Source of the DNA: a virus
Lineage: Duplodnaviria; Caudoviricetes
Strand: one strand, 5' to 3'
Length of the DNA: 61,329 nucleotides
Virus record (IMG/VR): IMGVR_UViG_3300028569_000039
Coordinates: 1-61,329 of that record
Shown here: one piece after another, positions 54,088 through 61,329 of the stretch
Layout of the letters: each line of letters begins with the position of its first letter
Numbering within the stretch: the stretch's first letter is position 1
Translations under genes and position numbers: made by a program
Notes under the pieces: generated by a model
The model's input: only the letters and a program-made list of their open reading frames with translations
Told to the model about the DNA's origin: nothing
The model's database searches: none

Positions 54088-56724
54088 ATGGCAAAGTTAA
54101 CTCCAGCGCAGATGAAGAAGGCCGTCGAAGAGTTTAAAAATAAATTCACGCCGGACTTTTACCACGCCAGTGGTTCGCCAAACATTAAAAAGTTTGACTC
54201 GTCTAAATCTAAAAAAGATTCAGACATGATTACCCCAGGGGTTACATTCCTTTCACCAAAACCATTTTTTTCTGAAAGTTTTTTGCCGGTTAAGCAGAGT
54301 GGTGAGTATAAAACAGGTGCTACTATGTACCCTGTGAGCGTGGACCTTTCACGTAATTTTGATGTGGATACGCCCGCTGGTGAAAAAATTGTAAGCGAAT
54401 TTATTAAAAAACAATATGCAAACGATCCTAAGGGCGCTGATTATTTTGCTATTACAGTATCAGACCCGCACAATAACTGGACGTCTTTAGAAAAGCCTGA
54501 GTTTTTACAACACCTTCGAGATAATGGATTTACATCGTTTGCAGTAAATGAGGGTGGCGTAAAAAACGTTGGTGTGTTAGATCCGTCAAAGATCCGTGGC
54601 AAGTTTGCTGAGTACAATCCAGAAGAGGCAGCCAACCCAGACTTCATGAAGGCTGAGGGTGGCGCTGTTGAAGGTTATGCTGGTGGTGGTAAGGTCGGTG
54701 CATTGGCTAAACTGGCTAAGGCCGTACGTAACCCACACGGCCAAGACGCCCGGGTAGCGCAGGCATTAGAAGAATACCTTAAGGGTAACATCAGCCAAGA
54801 AGAGCGCATTCGGATTATGAATCAGTTTTTGCCAATACGTCAGTGGAAAGACTTGCCACCAAACTATACTGATGACGAGATCAGAAACGCCTTGTTGTCA
54901 AACAAACAACCTAAGGCATTAGCTCCCGTGCCTGTAGGCATGCGAGTCGGTAATCGTCTGGATATTCCAGCGTACACACAGCACGGTGTGTATATTGATA
55001 CAACGCATGATGCCGCCGGTAAACCTATTAGCTATGGTAGAACTGGACACCTCAAAGATGTAGAGTTTTCTTCCTCACCTGATACATTTGTGCGTGTCGG
55101 CCTTGGGACCAAAGAGCAGGCGCTTACACCATTGGGCGCAGAAATTGGAACATCAAAAACTCCAAAGGCGATGATTAAAGGCACTAACGTTGGCACCAAG
55201 GACGACGAGGTTCGTCGCATGATGGAAGAGATGATGCGCGACCCTGCTTACACACAGATAGGTATGGATCCACGTCGTCACTCTCAGTTCTATGATAAAG
55301 AAACAGGATTGCCTGTCTTCTCCGCTGAAGAGAAACTGCAGTCTGGTCCGTTGATCATTGCGCCTAGGCGCGGCCTGGAGACAACGAGCTGGGATGATCC
55401 GCGGCTTGATCTGTCTGACTTTGAGGGTAAGAAGTATGCTGGTGGTGGTAAGGTAAACGCTGCGATTGAGTTAGCAAAAAAGATTGCGCCTAAATTTAAC
55501 TTAGAAGCAATTAAAAATATGCCAGTATCATCGGCACAAAAACAGACACCCGTGGCGCGGGCGTTTGAAATGTTATCATCCGAGAACGTTGATCCAAAGG
55601 TTAAGCAACAAATATTTAAACAGTACGTGCAGTCACACCCGGACCTTGTTAGAAAATCTGGTGCCACAAATTATGACGAGCTAACCCAGGCCGCGTACCA
55701 ACAGATGGGTAAAGAGACACGCGATCAGTTTCAGGCAATCGAAGGCGCTGGCGTTAAGCTGTCTTGGGACCCAACCGGCGCCCAGGGATATAGGAGCTCT
55801 AAGGAAATGCTTGAGGACGCCTTAGAAAACAAACACCTCATGGTGTTTCAAGGTGGAGATCCCCACCCAGCACTTGGCAAAGAGGGAAACGAACAGTTTA
55901 GGGCCGCGCATGATTATTTTGGGCACGGCACCACTGGTGCATCGTTTGGGCCCAAGGGTGAAGAGCTAGCTTACGGCGCGCACTCACAAATGTACTCACC
56001 CCTGGCACGCTTAGCTGCCGCGACTGAGACGCGGGGTCAAAATTCTTTAGTTAACTACTCGGGCATGAACGAAGAGTTAATTAACGCAATGAACCAGCTA
56101 AAAACACAACGCGATCAATTAGTAAAATCTGGCGGGGACCCGTCCGATATTAACAACGAGTTATTAAAATTAGGGCAGCAGTTTCAGTATGCCCCTCAGA
56201 AGCCTTTAATACTACCGCCAGAGCAAATTGATATTAACTACCGAGGCTACGCCGCCGGTGGTGCGATCAAGGCCGCTAAGCGGGCGCTGGAGCACGCACG
56301 TCAAGTACCATTCGTGCACTACAGCAACGCACCTAACATCTCTACCCTCGATCCGAACCGATATGGCACAGGCATCAAGGGCGCGGAGTCTGGTCGTTTA
56401 AAGAATGCGCCGGACATTCGTCCACGCACCTTCTTCTACACCAAGGCGGGCGGACGTCAGCCAGAGCAGGGTCTTGGCCCACATAAGTACGAAGGCGTCG
56501 CGGACAACATCTATCCGCTGCACGATGACCCTATGGGCTTCTCAGCGATCGCAAAAGAAAGAGCACTTGATCCCTACATGATGCAGTTTGGCCGCGAGGT
56601 AGTTGACGAGGCGACGCATCTAAATGAACTAGAGCGCCTGATTAAAAAGGCAGGATACAAGGGCTACGCTAACGACGACGTGGGGCTGCTATTCGACCCC
56701 ACGCCAGTTATCAAAGCCGAGTAA
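54088..56724 (+). CDS. Four-module polyvalent-like virion protein (ART-like and HDxxGH modules)
   Basis: FYHAS...MYPV...DPSKIRGKFAEYNP, AHDYFGH...GEE, VHYS. Modules are separated by YAGGGKV-type linkers. Confidence 0.6.
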   Translation: MAKLTPAQMKKAVEEFKNKFTPDFYHASGSPNIKKFDSSKSKKDSDMITPGVTFLSPKPFFSESFLPVKQSGEYKTGATMYPVSVDLSRNFDVDTPAGEKIVSEFIKKQYANDPKGADYFAITVSDPHNNWTSLEKPEFLQHLRDNGFTSFAVNEGGVKNVGVLDPSKIRGKFAEYNPEEAANPDFMKAEGGAVEGYAGGGKVGALAKLAKAVRNPHGQDARVAQALEEYLKGNISQEERIRIMNQFLPIRQWKDLPPNYTDDEIRNALLSNKQPKALAPVPVGMRVGNRLDIPAYTQHGVYIDTTHDAAGKPISYGRTGHLKDVEFSSSPDTFVRVGLGTKEQALTPLGAEIGTSKTPKAMIKGTNVGTKDDEVRRMMEEMMRDPAYTQIGMDPRRHSQFYDKETGLPVFSAEEKLQSGPLIIAPRRGLETTSWDDPRLDLSDFEGKKYAGGGKVNAAIELAKKIAPKFNLEAIKNMPVSSAQKQTPVARAFEMLSSENVDPKVKQQIFKQYVQSHPDLVRKSGATNYDELTQAAYQQMGKETRDQFQAIEGAGVKLSWDPTGAQGYRSSKEMLEDALENKHLMVFQGGDPHPALGKEGNEQFRAAHDYFGHGTTGASFGPKGEELAYGAHSQMYSPLARLAAATETRGQNSLVNYSGMNEELINAMNQLKTQRDQLVKSGGDPSDINNELLKLGQQFQYAPQKPLILPPEQIDINYRGYAAGGAIKAAKRALEHARQVPFVHYSNAPNISTLDPNRYGTGIKGAESGRLKNAPDIRPRTFFYTKAGGRQPEQGLGPHKYEGVADNIYPLHDDPMGFSAIAKERALDPYMMQFGREVVDEATHLNELERLIKKAGYKGYANDDVGLLFDPTPVIKAE

Positions 56725-58644
56725 CTACTTCTTGTAGCGCTTACTCACCCAACCCTCCGCAGCGAGAGGAAAATCGGGAGCCCACGTCGGTGGGACTGTC
56801 ATAATCTTTAAGACGTCCTCCAGTGCGGACTCCCCGTTTTGTTCTTCCACTAGGAGTAGCACCTCATCATGAATACTGTTGATCACCTCGTAACCGGCTT
56901 TCTCAAGATTAATCATAGCCACGGCAAGACAGTCCCGAGCGGTACCCTGTACAGCGGACTGAAAAATAGAGCTGCCAATAAGAGCGTTCCTGCTCCACTG
57001 CCGAGTGTAGGTGTTCTGGCTGTGGACGGTGACGCCGACCTTTTGCTGACCCCACGGAGTGGTGAGCAGCTCGAGCTGTGGCCGCTGCCAACAGATAAGT
57101 CTGCCTGATGGTAATTGCATCCACAGAGCATTTTTGGCAACTTTCAAAACCAGTCTATCACCGGCGCGAAACGGGTTGCCGGGATTCTCTACTGCTTGAA
57201 TCGCAGCGCCCTCGCACTTCGCCCATAGCTCCTTTACACGAGCATAGGACGTGCGATAACTATCTACTGCGTTCTTTGCCTGTCCTTCTGACAGCGTGAC
57301 TCCCATTCCTTCCGCGTACTTGACAAGGCCTTTTGCGCCCTGTCCAAACATCGCTCCAAGTACAGCGGACTTGCTAACTTGTCGCATGTCTTTTGTAACC
57401 TGGTCGTAAGGCACGCGGTAAAGCGATTCACTAGCGAACACTTTGTACTCATCTAATCCCTTTCTGAAGAGTTCAACCTTATCATTTTGCCCAGCCAGGT
57501 AGACGCCAACTCGGTTTTCAATTGAGCTAAAATCCACGTCAACGAAGGTTTTTCCATCTGGAGCTTTGATGGCGCTACGTACGAGCGACGAGAGCTCGGA
57601 CATTGATCCCAATCCTCCATCAAAGACTCGCGGTATAGCTCGTTCAATCTCTCCATCTTCCAGCGTGGGGCGAGCAATATTCTGTAGATTGAGCCCACCA
57701 CGGCTCGCCCAGCGGCCAGTACTAGCGCCATGATATACCAGTGTATTCCTAATCCGTCCTTCACGTTGTATCTCCATCATCTTAGCGTACTTAGCCACGC
57801 TAGTTTGGCTTCCTTCTTGGCGCAGCTCCAAAGCACGCCGCACGTTATTAAATAAGTCAGTGCTTACTAACTTAGCTGAAACGGTGTTGGAGGTCAAGTC
57901 GGCCATGTCGGCTCCCTGCGAATTTAACCACCCCAGCAACTTGGCTCTCTCTGAGGGCTTGCAGCCGGTTAGTTCAACCGTTTCCCTGTCAATTGCACCC
58001 TGGGCGTTCTCACAGGCCAAGACGGCGTTTTGGAGCTCTCTAGGGTCCACTGGGACGCCTCTGAGGTTGATCCGCTGGGTAAGGGTCCAGACGTCCTGTT
58101 CGACGGCTGTAAGGGGCCTTAAATTGGCTACAATCGCCATTTCTGTGCGTACGTCCTGTGCGCAATAATCAAACAATTCCTTTAATAAGGCGGGGTCGTT
58201 ATTAAAGGATCCTTTAATAGGCTTGCATAGCTTTTGGATAAGGTACCTGCCACGGGTATCTTTTTGATGTGCGCTATCCATAAAGATAGCCGCATCGCCA
58301 AGAGACTGTGGTACGTTATTGGCCGCGGCAATAGCCATGGAGTCAATGCACTGCTCCAGCTTTAGAGGAGGCCAGCCGTACTTGGGGACACAGACGCAGT
58401 TCCAGATGGCGTACTCAAACATGGCGTTCCATGCCTGGATCTTGCCGCCCTTGCTGACGTGCTGCATCAACGGCCATAGCTGGTTGGTGCTGGGGTTTTG
58501 TGGTGGCAAGACCTGAACGGTCTCTGTGTTGGTGCCGAACGCAATACACAGGACTTGGGTTGATAGGCAATTAGCGTACTTATCAAGGCCAACCTCTGTT
58601 AGGTCGGCAAAGCTGCGTGTTTCAAAGTCAATGCTATAAATCAT
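56725..58644 (-). CDS. Family A DNA polymerase with 3'-5' exonuclease
   Basis: IDFETRS exo I, DFSSIENR motif A, RQVSKSAVLG motif B, IHDE motif C. AAGGAG RBS before 58644. Confidence 0.92.
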   Translation of the reverse strand: MIYSIDFETRSFADLTEVGLDKYANCLSTQVLCIAFGTNTETVQVLPPQNPSTNQLWPLMQHVSKGGKIQAWNAMFEYAIWNCVCVPKYGWPPLKLEQCIDSMAIAAANNVPQSLGDAAIFMDSAHQKDTRGRYLIQKLCKPIKGSFNNDPALLKELFDYCAQDVRTEMAIVANLRPLTAVEQDVWTLTQRINLRGVPVDPRELQNAVLACENAQGAIDRETVELTGCKPSERAKLLGWLNSQGADMADLTSNTVSAKLVSTDLFNNVRRALELRQEGSQTSVAKYAKMMEIQREGRIRNTLVYHGASTGRWASRGGLNLQNIARPTLEDGEIERAIPRVFDGGLGSMSELSSLVRSAIKAPDGKTFVDVDFSSIENRVGVYLAGQNDKVELFRKGLDEYKVFASESLYRVPYDQVTKDMRQVSKSAVLGAMFGQGAKGLVKYAEGMGVTLSEGQAKNAVDSYRTSYARVKELWAKCEGAAIQAVENPGNPFRAGDRLVLKVAKNALWMQLPSGRLICWQRPQLELLTTPWGQQKVGVTVHSQNTYTRQWSRNALIGSSIFQSAVQGTARDCLAVAMINLEKAGYEVINSIHDEVLLLVEEQNGESALEDVLKIMTVPPTWAPDFPLAAEGWVSKRYKK

Positions 58645-58762
58645 AATGCTCCTTAGGCAAGCAGACGTATCTGCAGTTATATTGACAAAAACATATAAAA
58701 TATACATGTTTGTTGACATGTGTATACAAAACGTCTAAAAATAGACATATTTGTTGACATAT

Positions 58763-58775
58763 ATAATAATACAAA
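58763..58775 (-). promoter_or_regulatory. Phage promoter core without GGGCG (DNA polymerase)
   Basis: TTTGTATTATTAT on the minus strand. Confidence 0.75.
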
Positions 58776-58798
58776 AAAGGGGCCCCCGAAGGAGCCCC
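58773..58798 (-). terminator. Intrinsic terminator after RNR
   Basis: GGGGCTC-C(TTCG)G-GGGCCCC-T6. Confidence 0.85.
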
Positions 58799-58887
58799 AA
58801 ACTACCACCATGTGAAATATTTACCGATCGGTACTTTTTCTTACATTTGCGCACTTTTTCGTACAAATGTTACCGATCGGGAATTTT

Positions 58888-60762
58888 TTAAATCTCGCAG
58901 CTTCCTGCAGAGCAGGCTAACATCTGCGCGCCCTCTACGTTGTCGGTGTTTTCTTTGAGCTGGCTCCAGTCGACGACTGGGATGCTGGCCTTGAGCTTGT
59001 TGTACTCTTCTTCCGTACACTCTTCGTAGGGGGCTTGTCTGTAAGTTCCTCCGTCGTAAGGGAGGTAACTAACCCCACTGATTTCGTCAAAGTGATCCCA
59101 GGTCCAGGCTCCGACACTTGGCCAGTCTTTTTCTGCAACTGAGATAGTAACTGAGGGCTTGTGCTCGCACCAGTGTCGCTGGTAGGTGAGCCAGAGCTCG
59201 AGGTGGGCGATTGGTGTGACGTCGTCTCTAGTAAGTCCGTCAGGTGCTCTCTGAGGGAAACTGAAGACGGTAGTCTGGGTTGGCTTGTAAACACAGTCTT
59301 CAGCTGGTACTCCTTGTCCAACAAGGAATTGGGTGAGAGGATCTTTTTTATCTCCTCGCACTCTTCGGATATAGTATTTAGAGTGGCGAGGGTGGATGCC
59401 GCTCGCCGAATCAACGAGCTGGGATACTGTTCCACTTGGCTTGACGCATGTGATAGAAGCGCTTGCAGGGATTCCGAGAGCTGCTGCCCATTCTTTATTT
59501 GTAGCTCGAGCGCACTCTCTAAGTTCGTCCAATAAAACATTTAATTCCTCTCCTTGTGTACACAAGAGTTTGTTGTCGTAGATGCCGGTGAGTGAGACGC
59601 CAAGTAAGCGCTCCTCTTCGGTATTGCGTTGCCACACTTTCCGCAGGTAAGGGAACTTTGTGAAGGTGGACTGGATTGTACCAAGGATGGTGGCAAGCCG
59701 CACTTTTCGCAAAAGGATTTCTTTGGTGTCGTCATGGCGTACTACTACCTCGCTAAGGTTACAAAATTGGTAGGGCCGAAGAACAATTTCTGAGCAGGGG
59801 TTAGTTCCGAATTCAAAGTTAGGATCACGGTGCCCGTATTTCTCCACAGTTTTACGCGCAGCCTCACGGTTGAATATCCCTCGCTCTCCGCTGTGTGAAT
59901 TGTATAAAGACAACCACTCTTCCATAAACTTTCCAACGGTAGGCGTCTCATTATAAACCGCGCTATTGTTGGCGAGCGCACGGTGAGGTGCAGTATCCCA
60001 CCACGGACCAGCTTTAGCATGACGAATCCTTTCATCATCAAGATCAGATAGCGAGATCATTGCAGAGCGGCGTACGCCGCCTACTACAACTACCTCACCA
60101 ATTTTGCACATCAGGTCATGGCACTCTAACGAATGCAGCTTACGACCCTTGGCGTTTTTAAATAGATTAACTGTGAAGTTAAACAAGTCTACTAATGGTT
60201 CCGGCCCGGAAGCTCTTCCACCAAATGTTTTGAGTCGTGTTCCTGCAGGGCGGACGTTGCTGACGTCCCACTTTGGGATCTCTCCTGCCCAGAGGTTTGC
60301 GAGGAGTAAACGTAGTGACTTGGCCCATCCTTCTTTGCTGTCGTGGACGGAGATGGTGTGGTCCGATTCAAAAAGTTTTTCCGGCACTTCCGGCAGTAAC
60401 GTAATGTACTTTGATTCCACCGAAAAGCCGACACCCGTGCCACATAACAGGATGAACATGGCCTCGTCGAACGACTTAGGATCATCAACAGGCAGATAGC
60501 TACAATTATACACACAAGTATTGTCACGGTCAGCGCTCTTTCCAGCCGTCATCATGGCGCGCATGGACGGCATTAGTTCTAGGTTTTTAATTGCGGAGAA
60601 TAATTCCTCTTTCACCGCAGAATTTGCGGAGATTACGGGGGTGCGGCTAAAGATATAGTCTACAAATCGCCGCACTGTCTCTTCCCAGGTCTCGCGACGA
60701 CCCTTGTCGTCTTGGAAGCGGGCATAGCGACTTGCTGCAATATATTCTTGGTACTGATCCAT
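58888..60762 (-). CDS. nrdJ: Class II (B12-dependent) ribonucleotide reductase
   Basis: MPSMR, GTGVGF, GGVRRSA, TNPCSEI, CVKPSGT, C-terminal ACSAGSC. No beta subunit gene seen. Confidence 0.88.
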   Translation of the reverse strand: MDQYQEYIAASRYARFQDDKGRRETWEETVRRFVDYIFSRTPVISANSAVKEELFSAIKNLELMPSMRAMMTAGKSADRDNTCVYNCSYLPVDDPKSFDEAMFILLCGTGVGFSVESKYITLLPEVPEKLFESDHTISVHDSKEGWAKSLRLLLANLWAGEIPKWDVSNVRPAGTRLKTFGGRASGPEPLVDLFNFTVNLFKNAKGRKLHSLECHDLMCKIGEVVVVGGVRRSAMISLSDLDDERIRHAKAGPWWDTAPHRALANNSAVYNETPTVGKFMEEWLSLYNSHSGERGIFNREAARKTVEKYGHRDPNFEFGTNPCSEIVLRPYQFCNLSEVVVRHDDTKEILLRKVRLATILGTIQSTFTKFPYLRKVWQRNTEEERLLGVSLTGIYDNKLLCTQGEELNVLLDELRECARATNKEWAAALGIPASASITCVKPSGTVSQLVDSASGIHPRHSKYYIRRVRGDKKDPLTQFLVGQGVPAEDCVYKPTQTTVFSFPQRAPDGLTRDDVTPIAHLELWLTYQRHWCEHKPSVTISVAEKDWPSVGAWTWDHFDEISGVSYLPYDGGTYRQAPYEECTEEEYNKLKASIPVVDWSQLKENTDNVEGAQMLACSAGSCEI

Positions 60763-60794
60763 GGTGTCTTTCTTGTTATAGGTTAATAAAGGGC

Positions 60795-60825
60795 AAAAAA
60801 GCCCAGCGCAGTTTCTACGCCGGGC
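60795..60825 (-). terminator. Terminator-like hairpin upstream of nrdJ
   Basis: GCCCGGCGTAG-AAA-CTGCGCTGGGC-T6. Confidence 0.65.
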
Positions 60826-60861
60826 CGCCCACTACGGGGTACTACAAACTACTTATAAAAC

Positions 60862-61104
60862 TTATAAACTTTCTTCCAGTGTTTCTTTTCGCATTTCTTC
60901 TGTTGCCTGTACTTCTTTATAAAATGCGTAATACAGCGCCACTGCTTTTTGCATAACAACTTCAGCATATTGTGCGTAATCTATATCATACTCCACGTCA
61001 TCACCATCGTGAGTAATAGAAGAATTACTTGCCAAAGCCAACATAAACTTTAAAAGAAAATCTTCGTAGTTATCGTTAACTTCTTTAACTGTTAGCATGA
61101 TCAC
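60862..61104 (-). CDS. Hypothetical AT-rich protein
   Basis: ORF track, coupled to the SSB stop. Confidence 0.6.
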   Translation of the reverse strand: MIMLTVKEVNDNYEDFLLKFMLALASNSSITHDGDDVEYDIDYAQYAEVVMQKAVALYYAFYKEVQATEEMRKETLEESL

Positions 61105-61329
61105 ACCGCAAAGTCTGCAGCGGCGGATGTAGAGCCACCGAATTTCTCACCGTCCTCTAACTTCTGGACGTTATTTAAACCAGCTGCAATGCCTTTAGAT
61201 CCGCTTGTATCGTACGGATACAATGTGATTGAGGCACGACCATAGCAACCTGAGTAAAACTCGCTGGTGTCAATGATTGGGTTCAAGTCTGCATCTACAA
61301 TGCCTGGCTTTTCATTAGAGCTAGCGTTG
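61101..61329 (-). CDS. DUF2815 SSB, C-terminal part
   Basis: FYSGCYGRASI...GIAAGLNNVQKLEDGEKFGG...ADF. Confidence 0.85.
   Translation of the reverse strand, partial: NASSNEKPGIVDADLNPIIDTSEFYSGCYGRASITLYPYDTSGSKGIAAGLNNVQKLEDGEKFGGSTSAAADFAV

Noticed and set aside
60763-60860. Cobalamin riboswitch upstream of nrdJ
   Set aside because: The gap is too short and has no B12-box. Only a terminator-like hairpin is visible.

Overview
This looks like a complete, circularly permuted ~61.2 kb tailed dsDNA phage genome. The ends overlap by 163 bp inside the SSB gene. It has podovirus-like architecture and a Gram-negative host, shown by a SAR endolysin plus embedded Rz/Rz1 spanins. A freshwater betaproteobacterial host is only an inference. 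The minus-strand arm (18.1 kb leftward, wrapping to 56.7 kb) carries small early genes, a truncated sigma factor, primase-helicase, HNH nucleases, SNF2 helicase, VRR-NUC, DUF2800 nuclease, DUF2815 SSB, class II RNR and a family A DNA polymerase. The plus-strand arm (19.1-56.7 kb) carries terminase, portal, GroES, scaffold, capsid, collagen fibre plus glycosyltransferase, tail fibre, lysis cassette, tail genes and large multi-module internal/ejected proteins. The strongest signals are as follows. (1) An apparently split sigma factor (regions 1.2-3 and a region-4-like protein in separate genes) is matched by 14 copies of a phage promoter core. Eight of these carry an exactly spaced GGGCG upstream box and mostly precede virion genes, while the replication-gene copies lack it. 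(2) Two covarying type II hammerhead ribozymes flank one early ORF. (3) A ~470 bp non-coding array contains at least five different repeated palindrome families, including three perfect NtrC boxes. (4) A short (M/F/Y/K)xxGGxV peptide tag recurs about 25 times in eight putative capsid-internal proteins. (5) There is a deleted DGR relic behind the tail fibre, a stand-alone degenerate intein before TerL, and several candidate structured RNAs. All family assignments come from motif recognition by eye. No searches were run.
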